Source: an uncultured bacterium
GTDB taxonomy: Bacteria; Abyssobacteria; SURF-5
Length of the DNA stretch: 18,330 nt
Reading direction: 5' to 3'
Assembly: GCA_964510165.1 (NCBI GenBank)
Contig: CAZEBC010000041.1
Span: forward strand, 1-18,330
In this document: positions 1 to 8,177 of the stretch, piece after piece
How positions within the stretch are numbered: position 1 is the first letter of the stretch
How the letters are laid out: every line of letters begins with the position of its first letter
Notes under the pieces: model-generated
Told to the model about the DNA's origin: nothing
Databases searched by the model: none
What the model saw: only the letters and a program-made list of their open reading frames with translations
Program-made: the position numbers and the translations under genes

Positions 1-182
1 CAATCCAGATGGTTGAACTTTCCTCCGTACCACCCGAAGAGGTTGCGGCGCCTGCGTGATTGTCGCGGCAAGGCGACGGGCGGATGCTCCAATTTGAATT
101 CATCGAGATAGATGGCAGGAAGGTTCCGCTTTTCGCTCCGATTAGCGTCGCTCGCCCCCTCCTTTTTCCTAACTTCTTTCAT
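1..182 (-). CDS. DNA adenine methyltransferase, Dam/D12 class (N-terminal part; runs off the left edge)
   Basis: Manual translation from ATG at 182: MKEVRKKEGASDANRSEKRNLPAIYLDEFKLEHPPVALPRQSRRRRNLFGWYGGKFNHLD(W), open to the window edge. FGWYGGKF.HLDW matches the N-terminal (W/Y)xGGK motif of Dam-family MTases. Catalytic motifs lie outside the window. Confidence 0.8.
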   Translation of the reverse strand, partial: MKEVRKKEGASDANRSEKRNLPAIYLDEFKLEHPPVALPRQSRRRRNLFGWYGGKFNHLD

Positions 183-221
183 GAGCTTATCCTATCGGGA
201 CGCGGGGCCAGAATCTGAGTC

Positions 222-250
222 ATTGTACAAGATGGTGGATATGAAATCAA
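222..250 (-). promoter_or_regulatory. Putative sigma70 promoter for the methyltransferase
   Basis: Minus strand TTGATT (250-245), 17 nt spacer, TACAAT (227-222); about 40 nt upstream of the ATG at 182. Confidence 0.6.
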
Positions 251-290
251 CTTTGTTCGCTGTCGGGTTGTGGCGGGCCACGCAGCATCC

Positions 291-319
291 TTGGTAATGC
301 GGGCGGGGCGTGTTATAAT
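291..319 (+). promoter_or_regulatory. Putative sigma70 promoter with extended -10 for the lipoprotein gene
   Basis: TTGGTA (291-296), 17 nt spacer, perfect TATAAT (314-319) preceded by TGn (311-313). Confidence 0.65.
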
Positions 320-330
320 GAATGCGTTTT

Positions 331-356
331 GGGCAGGCGCGGGGGCCTGTCCCTAC
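331..356 (-). repeat. GTAG-type REP-like palindrome, copy 1
   Basis: Plus strand GGGCAGGC-gcgggg-GCCTGTCC-CTAC: 8-bp imperfect stem, 6-nt loop, GTAG head on the minus strand. Confidence 0.65.
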
Positions 357-380
357 AATAAGCTAAAGGAAAGATTGCGA

Positions 381-1322
381 ATGCGGAAGATTGGGTTTTG
401 GGTCGGGGTGTGGATGCTTCTGCTGGTGTCGGCGTGCGGGTTGCTTGTGGAGGAGGGCCGCCAGGTTGTCGCTGAAGTGGGTGGGGAACCCATCCGACTG
501 GATCACGTGTTGAGGCGTATCAGGGAACTTCCATTCCAGGAGCGGGCGAAGACGAATGACCCGAATGAGGCGGTGCGCATGCAGGCTCGGCTTGGGGTGT
601 TGGAGGAATTGGTGGTTGAACAACTTCTCCAGCAGGAAGCGCGCGCGCGGGGCGTAGAGGTTTCAGACGAAGAAGTGTATGCGGCGCTCGAGGAGGAAGA
701 GCGGAAGGAAAGCGCCTCGGCGCCCCAGACCGAGGGTGACGGCAATATACACGAGCATGGCCATGCGCATGACCATTCCGGCGCAGAGGTCAAGGAGATG
801 CGCGAGAAACTCATGATGACGAAACTGCTTAAGCAGCAGTTTTCTGAAGAAGTCCTGCGCTCATATTATCAGCAAAACTTGCAGGAGTTTCGCACCGCCC
901 CGCGTTTCAGCTACGAGATCCTGGTAGTTGATGTTGCGCATAGCAAGGCGGTTGACGCGGTGTATCAGAAAGCGAAGGCAGGCGCCTCCGTGATTGAATC
1001 GTTCCGGAGCCTTGAGCGCAAGCCGCCGACGGTTTTTCTTGGGAGGACTCCCCCGGCGCCGTTGGACAAACTGGCTCCCGAGATGCGGGAGCAGGTCAAA
1101 GCTCTTCAGTTGGGAGAAGTGTCGAAGCCGTTCCATCTGAATCCCGGAGACTCGCATCAGTACGCGGTCGCGAGGCTTATCGGTCGGATAGAGGTGGCGC
1201 CGTTTGAGAATGTCAGAGGACAGATATTCAAGGGGCTATATGAAGGTTTTTTGGAGGAACTAAAGAAGAAACACAACGTCGTGTATTACAAGGAGAAGCT
1301 TGACTATCAATTGGGGCGCTAG
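381..1322 (+). CDS. SurA/PrsA-like foldase lipoprotein (SurA N-terminal domain plus degenerate PpiC/rotamase-like domain)
   Basis: Start moved to ATG 381 (AAAGGA at 365-370). Signal peptide with lipobox VSA-C; VVAEVGGEPI, LEELVVEQLLQQEARARGVEVSDEEV, LAPEMREQVKALQLGEVSKPF and PFENVRGQI are typical of this family. Confidence 0.8.
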   Translation: MRKIGFWVGVWMLLLVSACGLLVEEGRQVVAEVGGEPIRLDHVLRRIRELPFQERAKTNDPNEAVRMQARLGVLEELVVEQLLQQEARARGVEVSDEEVYAALEEEERKESASAPQTEGDGNIHEHGHAHDHSGAEVKEMREKLMMTKLLKQQFSEEVLRSYYQQNLQEFRTAPRFSYEILVVDVAHSKAVDAVYQKAKAGASVIESFRSLERKPPTVFLGRTPPAPLDKLAPEMREQVKALQLGEVSKPFHLNPGDSHQYAVARLIGRIEVAPFENVRGQIFKGLYEGFLEELKKKHNVVYYKEKLDYQLGR

Positions 1323-1384
1323 GATAACAGACGTCCGGGGTTTAGAGTTCGAACGACTCATCGGTTCTACGAGGACACAGAGAT

Positions 1385-2368
1385 TCACGAATTTTTTTCC
1401 AGGCAGTTCATGGCGAAGGTGGCAGCGCCAATGATTCCTGCTTCTTCCCTGAGTTGAGCCTCAAGAATTGGAGTGCTCTCCCCTATCCGGTTCATTGCCA
1501 GTTTCCCCAAGGTTGTGCGCATCGGGTCGAAGAGGACTGCGCCGGCCTTGGCGACCCCGCCTCCGATGATGAAGCATTCGGGATTGAGGAGGTTCACCAG
1601 AACGGCCAGTGCGGCTCCGAGCTTCTCTCCTGTCTCTGTCCACACTTGTCTGGCTAGCGCATCGCCTTTAGCGGCGGCTTCTGAGAGCAGCCTTGGGGTG
1701 ACAAGTTCCGGCTTGCCGTCGGCCAGATCGAGGATAATGCTTTCCCGGGGCGACGGCCCATGCAGCCGCCTGAGGGCATTTTCCACGATATAGCGATTAC
1801 CGACGTACCTCTCCAGACAGCCCCGTGCACCGCAGGCGCAGAGAGGGCCGTTGAGGTCAAGCGTCATATGGCCGATCTCGCCGGCGAGTCCGTCGTTTCC
1901 TCTGTAGACCTCGCCGTTCACGACGATAGCGCCGCCGACGCCGGTGCCGAGCGTGAGGCAGACGAAGTTTTTTCGTCCGCGGCCTGCGCCGTAGACCATT
2001 TCGCCGACGGCCATGACGTTGGCGTCATTGTCGACGAAAGATTTGAGGCCCGATAGTTGCTCAAGTTGAGCGACCAGAGGGATATCATGCCAGCCGGGGA
2101 TGTTGGTGAGTTCCCGCACGATGCCTTTGGGGTGGTCGACCCATCCGGGGGCGCCGACCCCGATGCCGCCCAAATGCTCCTTCCGGAAATCGTTTTCAGC
2201 GAGCAACTGGGCGATGGTATCCTTCGACATTGAGAGGAAATGCGAGGGGCTGCGAAGTTGAGAGGCGGCGAACTGGCTTTTCTTCAATAGTTTGCCTTCG
2301 CGGGACACTATGCCTGCCTTAATCCAAGTGGCTCCGATGTCAATGCCGATGTAGCAGGGTGGTTTCAT
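1385..2368 (-). CDS. ROK family sugar kinase (glucokinase-like)
   Basis: IGIDIGAT phosphate loop, DNDAN, LTLGTGVGG, GEIGH and Zn motif CACGARGCLE; no N-terminal HTH, so kinase rather than repressor. Confidence 0.92.
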   Translation of the reverse strand: MKPPCYIGIDIGATWIKAGIVSREGKLLKKSQFAASQLRSPSHFLSMSKDTIAQLLAENDFRKEHLGGIGVGAPGWVDHPKGIVRELTNIPGWHDIPLVAQLEQLSGLKSFVDNDANVMAVGEMVYGAGRGRKNFVCLTLGTGVGGAIVVNGEVYRGNDGLAGEIGHMTLDLNGPLCACGARGCLERYVGNRYIVENALRRLHGPSPRESIILDLADGKPELVTPRLLSEAAAKGDALARQVWTETGEKLGAALAVLVNLLNPECFIIGGGVAKAGAVLFDPMRTTLGKLAMNRIGESTPILEAQLREEAGIIGAATFAMNCLEKNS

Positions 2369-2389
2369 TGTGCTTTCACCTCAGCATTT

Positions 2390-2415
2390 GGGCGGCCACA
2401 TAGGGTCGCCCGTAC
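2390..2415 (-). repeat. GTAG-type REP-like palindrome, copy 2 (variant GTAC head)
   Basis: Plus strand GGGCGGCC-acatag-GGTCGCCC-GTAC; same 26-nt layout as 331-356, and shares GCCACATAGGG with 14986-14996. Confidence 0.65.
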
Positions 2416-2428
2416 GACTTGGGGACGG

Positions 2429-3745
2429 TCAGGCATGCGGCTTTGCCTCTTCAATACGCATCATGAATTGTCGGACCTCGGCGACGTTGAACAAGGAACC
2501 GGCAATAAGGATGAGGTCATCCGGTCGGGCGAGAGCGAGTGCATGCCGGATGGCGTCTGCGATTGTGGGTTCGCTCCTGACGTTGTTGAAGATGCCTTGC
2601 GCCAGTTGGGCGAGCCGCTCGACATTCATGGCGCGTTCGTATTGGGGCTGGGTGGCTATCAATGTTTCGGTCAGATTCCTCAGTATTTTCAGGCATTCCG
2701 ATACATCCTTGTCCGCGAGCATACCGAGAACGAGGATTATGCGTTTGCCCGGGAACCACTCCTTCATGGCGTCGCGCAACGAATGCATTGCCGAGGGATT
2801 GTGGGCCGAGTCGAGAAGCATGAGCGGCGAGTCGGCCAGTTTTTCGAGGCGGGCCGGCCAGACCGCTCTTGCCATTCCCCTGCGGATGGCGCCTTCATCG
2901 AGGGGTATAAGCCGTTTGTGCGCAAGGATGCCGAGGCCCATCAAGGCGACGGCGGCATTTTTTGTCTGGAATCCGCCGGCGAGGTTTATCTCGACATTGT
3001 GCAGATTCAGATTGAGCGCGGGGCTTTGAAAATCTATATACTGCCTGGGAAAGGAACCGCAGCGTGCGGCATAGCTGAAGTCTCTTGAAAGATAGAACAG
3101 GTTGCTTGCGCACTCCTCCGCTCTTGCGTCCAGTATGTTTCGGACCTCGGGCTGTTCGGCGGCCGATACGACCTCGACGCCCGGCTTGATTATTCCCGCT
3201 TTTTCGACCGCTATCTTTTCAACGGTATCGCCCAGGTAATCACAGTGTTCCAGATGGATATTGGTGATGATTGACAGACATGGCAGCACCACATTTGTCG
3301 AGTCGTAGCGGCCGCCCATGCCGACTTCGACGACGGCGAAATCCACATTGCAGCGAGCGAAGTGCTGAAACGCCATCGCGGTAACGGCCTCGAAGAACGT
3401 GGGATGCCCCAATCCGGCGTCACCCTGCATTTCCGCAATGATCGGGCGAAGCTCATCCACCAAGGCATCGATTTCGTGTGCGGTTATCGGGTCGTTGTCA
3501 ACGACTATTCTTTCCGAGAAATCAACGAGGTGAGGCGAGATGTATCGGCCGACCTTGAATCCCATTTCGAGGAGAACGGAATGGATGAATGCGGTGACCG
3601 AGCCTTTTCCATTGGTGCCGGTGATATGTATCGCGGGGAATTTGAGGTGAGGGTCACCCATGCGGCGGAGCAGATAGGAGATATTATCCAAACCGAGCTT
3701 GATGCCGAACCGTTGGAAAGAAAGGAGATACTCAAGGGAGTTCAT
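2429..3745 (-). CDS. folC: Bifunctional folylpolyglutamate synthase/dihydrofolate synthase
   Basis: HITGTNGKGS P-loop, SPHLVDFSERI, TFFE, EVGMGGRYDSTN, EKAGIIK, WPARLE, LDSAHNP, GSLF. Start moved to ATG 3745 (GGAGG at 3758-3754); the longer track ORF overlaps the neighbouring gene. Confidence 0.95.
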   Translation of the reverse strand: MNSLEYLLSFQRFGIKLGLDNISYLLRRMGDPHLKFPAIHITGTNGKGSVTAFIHSVLLEMGFKVGRYISPHLVDFSERIVVDNDPITAHEIDALVDELRPIIAEMQGDAGLGHPTFFEAVTAMAFQHFARCNVDFAVVEVGMGGRYDSTNVVLPCLSIITNIHLEHCDYLGDTVEKIAVEKAGIIKPGVEVVSAAEQPEVRNILDARAEECASNLFYLSRDFSYAARCGSFPRQYIDFQSPALNLNLHNVEINLAGGFQTKNAAVALMGLGILAHKRLIPLDEGAIRRGMARAVWPARLEKLADSPLMLLDSAHNPSAMHSLRDAMKEWFPGKRIILVLGMLADKDVSECLKILRNLTETLIATQPQYERAMNVERLAQLAQGIFNNVRSEPTIADAIRHALALARPDDLILIAGSLFNVAEVRQFMMRIEEAKPHA

Positions 3746-3812
3746 AAAGGCGGCCTCCACGGAACAGGAACGATCATGTTTCAATGATAAGTGCGTCCGG
3801 ATTTGTGGTGGA

Positions 3813-4523
3813 TCAGCCGTCCTGTGAATACAAGAGCCTAGAGCAACTCGGGCACGACTTGATCTTTCCGCCCAACACTTCGTTAACCACTTGTGGCGGC
3901 AAGGCCATATGACATGCTCCGCAAGATTCGTCATGGATTTGGGCGATGCCGAGCCCGCCTTTTCGAACTCGGACCCTGTCATAGATGCTGAGAATGGAGC
4001 GGTCGACGCCGGCTGCCAGATTTTCCCGTTCAGAGCGGGAACCCTGAAGGGCTTGTTCCAGATCCCTTTGGCGTTCTCTCAGTCTCTCTTTTTCCTTTTC
4101 TGTTTCTTCCTGAGCCTGTCTCAATTTGGCTTCGCTGGCTCTGGCGCGTTCTTCAAGGTCATCGGCCTCGGTCATCTTTGTGAGGATTTCCTCCTCGATG
4201 TCGGAGATTTCCTTTTCGACCATGTCGATTTCGACCAGGATGGCTTTGTATTCTCGGTTGGTCTTAATCTGAGGCAGTTGGGCGTTAAACTTGGCAAGTT
4301 CGGCCTGTTTTTGATCGAGCTTGCGTTCGAGCGCCCGCTGCTCTTTCTTCTTTTCCTCCAGTTCCTTCCGCACTGCGGCAAGTTCCGATGTCCTGACGTG
4401 GAGAGTGGAGTCCCACTCTTGGATTTGTCGAGGGATGGAGACGGCCTCGGTCTCCAGATCTTGAATTTTCAGGTCAACTCTTTGAACATCCAGAAGTTTT
4501 TGCATGGGCATTTTTTCTTCCAT
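3813..4523 (-). CDS. Coiled-coil protein with C-terminal C4-type zinc ribbon (CT398/HP0958/DUF164-like)
   Basis: LLDVQRVDLKI start, long E/K/L/Q-rich coiled coil, KTNREYKA, and C-terminal CGACHMALPPQ...CPSCSRLLY. Start could be 4523, 4511 or 4505. Confidence 0.9.
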   Translation of the reverse strand: MEEKMPMQKLLDVQRVDLKIQDLETEAVSIPRQIQEWDSTLHVRTSELAAVRKELEEKKKEQRALERKLDQKQAELAKFNAQLPQIKTNREYKAILVEIDMVEKEISDIEEEILTKMTEADDLEERARASEAKLRQAQEETEKEKERLRERQRDLEQALQGSRSERENLAAGVDRSILSIYDRVRVRKGGLGIAQIHDESCGACHMALPPQVVNEVLGGKIKSCPSCSRLLYSQDG

Positions 4524-4564
4524 TGCTTTGACCTATGGCCAATAAAAAACGACTCTTGGAATCT

Positions 4565-4586
4565 GTGCGAACGAATTCGCACCTAC
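4565..4586 (-). repeat. GTAG-type REP-like palindrome overlapping the leuC stop codon
   Basis: Minus strand GTAG-GTGCGAA-ttcg-TTCGCAC: perfect 7-bp stem, 4-nt loop, GTAG head. Confidence 0.65.
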
Positions 4587-5854
4587 TCATTACGGGATAT
4601 TTTCTTAGGAGAAGTTATGGCGCCGGCGATGGCGGTTGCCGCCGCGACCGCCGGTCCCGCAAGATACACCTCGCTTTTTGGATGCCCCATTCGACCGACG
4701 AAGTTGCGGTTTGTCGTTGCGAGCGCGCGTTCGCCTTCAGCAAGAATTCCCATGTGGCCGCCCAGACAAGGTCCGCACGTAGGCGTACACAGCGCCGCGC
4801 CGGCATCAAGAAACACATCCACAAGCCCTTCCTTGCTGCATTGGCTGAACACGGCGGGGGTTGCCGGGATGACCAGGCACCTGACATTGGGATGCACCTT
4901 TTTCCCGTTGAGAATTTGGGCGGCAACGCGCATATCCTCAATGCGCCCATTCGTGCACGAACCTATGACAACCTGGTCGACCTCGATGCCCTCGGCCTCC
5001 TCGACGGGGCGGGCGTTTGAAGGCAACGGGGGAAACGCCACCTGAAGGCCTATCTTCGAAACATCGATCTCGATGGTTTCGCGATAGCGGGCTTGCGGGT
5101 CGCTCTGGAGGACCTTGAATTCTCTGCGTGCCCGAGGTCTCACAAACTCGAGCGTGACCTCATCGGGCTGCATGATTCCCGCCTTCGCGCCGGCTTCGAT
5201 AGCCATATTGCACATGGTGAGCCGGTCGGCCATCGAGAGATGGGCGAGCGCTTCGCCCGTGAATTCCATAACGGAGTAGAGGGCGCCATCCACTCCTATT
5301 CGGCCGATGGTATAGAGGATGATGTCTTTACCCGAAACCCACTCACCCGGCTGTCCGTGATAGATGAATTTTATGCTCTCGGGCACCTTCAGCCAGACCT
5401 CGCCGGTGGCCATGCATGCGCCGAGGTCAGTGCTGCCGACCCCGGTTGAGAACGCGCCGAGCGCTCCATAGGTGCAGGTATGCGAGTCGGCTCCGATGAC
5501 GAGGTCGCCGGGCAAAACAAGGCCCAATTCGGGCAAGAGGGCGTGCTCGATCCCCATTTTGCCGACTTCGTAGAAATGCTCGATCTTGTACTTGCGGGCG
5601 AATCTCCGCATGCGCAGCACCTGTTCGGCGGTCTGGATGTCTTTGTTGGGGACGAAGTGGTCGGCCACGAGGGCGATACGAGAGGGGTCGAAGACTGAGG
5701 GAGCGTCTATTTGCTCAAATGCTTCGATTGCAATAGGGGCGGTGATATCGTTGCCCAGCGCGAAGTCAACCCTCGCGTTGATCAACTCGCCGGGCGTCGT
5801 TTCCTCCACACCGGCATGGTTGGCCAGTATTTTTTCTGAGATCGTAAGAGGCAT
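4583..5854 (-). CDS. leuC: 3-isopropylmalate dehydratase large subunit (short LeuC/HacA type, aconitase family)
   Basis: DHFVP, GIEH, GADSHTCTYGALG, NMAIEAGAK, IGSCTNGR, CGPCLG (three Fe-S cysteines), TNRNFVGRMG; lies next to ilv genes. Confidence 0.88.
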   Translation of the reverse strand: MPLTISEKILANHAGVEETTPGELINARVDFALGNDITAPIAIEAFEQIDAPSVFDPSRIALVADHFVPNKDIQTAEQVLRMRRFARKYKIEHFYEVGKMGIEHALLPELGLVLPGDLVIGADSHTCTYGALGAFSTGVGSTDLGACMATGEVWLKVPESIKFIYHGQPGEWVSGKDIILYTIGRIGVDGALYSVMEFTGEALAHLSMADRLTMCNMAIEAGAKAGIMQPDEVTLEFVRPRARREFKVLQSDPQARYRETIEIDVSKIGLQVAFPPLPSNARPVEEAEGIEVDQVVIGSCTNGRIEDMRVAAQILNGKKVHPNVRCLVIPATPAVFSQCSKEGLVDVFLDAGAALCTPTCGPCLGGHMGILAEGERALATTNRNFVGRMGHPKSEVYLAGPAVAAATAIAGAITSPKKISRNE

Positions 5855-5917
5855 AAAGTGTCTTTTATGAAAAGCGCCATGGCTCAGTTCGCCAGTTTGC
5901 GATTTCCCATTCCCACT

Positions 5918-5946
5918 ATTCTATCATTTGCATGGTGCATTTGCCA
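5918..5946 (-). promoter_or_regulatory. Possible internal promoter for leuC and downstream genes
   Basis: Minus strand TGGCAA (5946-5941), 17 nt spacer, TAGAAT (5923-5918) with extended -10 TGn, in the 113-nt ilvN-leuC gap. Confidence 0.5.
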
Positions 5947-5967
5947 GAACTTTATTTCCGGCCTGCG

Positions 5968-6474
5968 TCAGGCCTTTTGTGAACCACGCAGCGGCGATTT
6001 GGTGTCGCGGGTAATCGCGATCTTGCCGCTTCGGACAACCTCCTTTATTCCGAACTCGCGCAACAGGTCCATCATGCCTTGGACTTTATCCTCAGTTCCG
6101 GTGACCTCAATCGTGAGCGAATGCGGAGCGACATCGACGATTTTGGCTCTGAAAATATCGGCGATCTGCATGATTTCGGAGCGCGCCTTCCCATCGGATT
6201 TCACTTTGATGAGGGCAAGCTCCCGGTCTATGAACTCCTCCTTGGTGAGGTCGCTGACTTTGATGACGTCTATCAGTTTGTTGAGCTGTTTCATCACCTG
6301 CTCGAGTATGGTGTCATCGCCGGTAACGACGAGGGTGATTCTCGATATTGTAGGGTCCTCGGTTTCACCTACGGAGAGGCTGTCGATGTTGAAGCCGCGT
6401 CCACTGAAAAGCCCGGATATTCGGGCGAGCACTCCAAATTGGTTTTCCACCAGTACCGAGATCGTGTGTTTCAT
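5968..6474 (-). CDS. ilvN: Acetolactate synthase small regulatory subunit
   Basis: ACT domain [59 protein letters not shown] overlap with the ilvB stop. Confidence 0.97.
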   Translation of the reverse strand: MKHTISVLVENQFGVLARISGLFSGRGFNIDSLSVGETEDPTISRITLVVTGDDTILEQVMKQLNKLIDVIKVSDLTKEEFIDRELALIKVKSDGKARSEIMQIADIFRAKIVDVAPHSLTIEVTGTEDKVQGMMDLLREFGIKEVVRSGKIAITRDTKSPLRGSQKA

Positions 6475-8147
6475 GCGAGTCCCCCTATCATCTCTCGAAT
6501 GCCGGCGCCGACGGGAACCATCGGGTAGACATTCTCCTCCCTGGATACCTCGAAGTCGAGGATGACGGGAAGAGGCGTCCTAATGGCCTCCTCGACAGCG
6601 GGTCGGACCTGTTTTTTCTCGGTGACTCTGATGCCTTTTGCTCCGTAGGCCTCGGCGACCTTCACGAAATCGGGGTTGTCAATGAGGCACGTGGACGAAT
6701 AGCGACGATTATGGAATAGTTCCTGCCACTGTCTGACCATGCCAAGGAAGTGATTGTTCAAGATCGCGATGTTGACGGGCAGCTTGTTACTGACGGCAGT
6801 CGCGAGTTCCTGTATGTTCATTTGGATGCTGCCATCGCCGGCGATGTCGAAGACGATCCTGTCGGGGCATCCGATCTGTGCCCCGATGGCGGCGGGAAGG
6901 CCGTACCCCATCGTTCCCAGTCCACCCGATGAAAGGAACGTCCGAGGGCGACTGTACCGATAGTATTGAGCGGCCCACATCTGGTTCTGGCCAACCTCAG
7001 TGGTGATGATAGCGTCGCCCTTCGTCGCCTCATATATTTGTTGGACGACGTATTGCGGCTTTATTTCAGAATCGGAATCCCTGTAGGTGAGTGGGTAATC
7101 CCGTTTCCATTCGTCGATCTGCTTGAGCCAGTCCTTGGTGTCGGCACGCTTCACCAGAGGGATTAGTTTGGCAAGGATGCGTTTGGCGTCACCGACGATT
7201 GGGACGTGCACCCTTACGCTCTTGCTGATAGCGGTCGGGTCAATGTCAATGTGAATTATCTGCGCATGCACGGCAAACTCCTTAATGTTACCAGTGACGC
7301 GGTCATCGAAGCGGGTTCCGACCGCGACGATGAGATCGCATTCGGAGAGCGCGTAGTTGGCATAGCGAGTTCCATGCATGCCGGGCATGCCGAGGAAGAG
7401 GTCGTCGTTGCCGGGGAAGGCTCCCAGCCCAAGCAAGCTGGTGGTGACGGGGATGTGCGTCTTGTGGGCGAGCTGGATCAATTCATCGCTCGCGTTTGAG
7501 AGAATCACTCCACCGCCCGCGTAAATGACGGCTTTGTGCGAGGCGTTGATGAGTTCGGCGGCGCGATGTATTTGCCGCATGTTGCCTTCGAGCACAGGCT
7601 TGTATCCCCTGATCTCCACGGCGGCCGGGTAGTGGAAATCGGTCATGCCGGTGGCGACGTCCTTCGGAAGGTCGATGAGGACGGGTCCGGGCCTGCCCGT
7701 GGAAGCGATGTGAAAGGCTTCCTTTATTATTCGAGCGAGGTCTTTCGTATCGCGCACGAGAAAATTGTGTTTGGTGACTGGCCGGCTGATGCCCACAATA
7801 TCGGCTTCCTGGAAGGCGTCGTTGCCGATCATCGGCGTAGGCACTTGGCCGGTAATCACTACTATGGGGACGGAGTCCATATTCGCGGTGGCCATGCCGG
7901 TCACAGTGTTGCAGGCTCCCGGTCCCGATGTGACGAGGCATACCCCTACCCTGCCGGTCGCCCGCGCATAGCCGTCGGCGGCATGCGCGGCACCCTGCTC
8001 ATGTCGGGTCAGGATGACGCGAATGGGCGAATCGAACAATGCGTCGAATACGGGTATTACTACCCCGCCGGGGATGCCGAAGATAACTTCAACCTTTTCC
8101 CTCAGGAGCGATTCGACGAAAATCTGTGAACCAAGCATTTTAGACAT
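6471..8147 (-). CDS. ilvB: Acetolactate synthase large subunit, biosynthetic type
   Basis: [42 protein letters not shown], ThDP motif [12 protein letters not shown]...NN, GMVRQWQ. Confidence 0.97.
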   Translation of the reverse strand: MSKMLGSQIFVESLLREKVEVIFGIPGGVVIPVFDALFDSPIRVILTRHEQGAAHAADGYARATGRVGVCLVTSGPGACNTVTGMATANMDSVPIVVITGQVPTPMIGNDAFQEADIVGISRPVTKHNFLVRDTKDLARIIKEAFHIASTGRPGPVLIDLPKDVATGMTDFHYPAAVEIRGYKPVLEGNMRQIHRAAELINASHKAVIYAGGGVILSNASDELIQLAHKTHIPVTTSLLGLGAFPGNDDLFLGMPGMHGTRYANYALSECDLIVAVGTRFDDRVTGNIKEFAVHAQIIHIDIDPTAISKSVRVHVPIVGDAKRILAKLIPLVKRADTKDWLKQIDEWKRDYPLTYRDSDSEIKPQYVVQQIYEATKGDAIITTEVGQNQMWAAQYYRYSRPRTFLSSGGLGTMGYGLPAAIGAQIGCPDRIVFDIAGDGSIQMNIQELATAVSNKLPVNIAILNNHFLGMVRQWQELFHNRRYSSTCLIDNPDFVKVAEAYGAKGIRVTEKKQVRPAVEEAIRTPLPVILDFEVSREENVYPMVPVGAGIREMIGGLA

Positions 8148-8177
8148 CGCAAATGGTTTCGACCCCTTTCCAATTGT

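Noticed and set aside
112..297. 61-aa plus-strand ORF
   Set aside because: Overlaps the methyltransferase start on the opposite strand and both divergent promoters.
2370..3088. 219-aa and 217-aa plus-strand ORFs
   Set aside because: Antisense to folC; no family features.
3746..3982. 79-aa N-terminal extension of FolC in the ORF track
   Set aside because: Overlaps the zinc-ribbon gene out of frame; a good SD precedes ATG 3745, where FolC-like sequence begins.
3891..5045. 384-aa plus-strand ORF
   Set aside because: Antisense shadow of leuC and the zinc-ribbon gene; no recognisable motifs.
5858..6565. 235-aa plus-strand ORF
   Set aside because: Antisense to ilvN/ilvB; Ser/Met-rich composition typical of a reverse frame.
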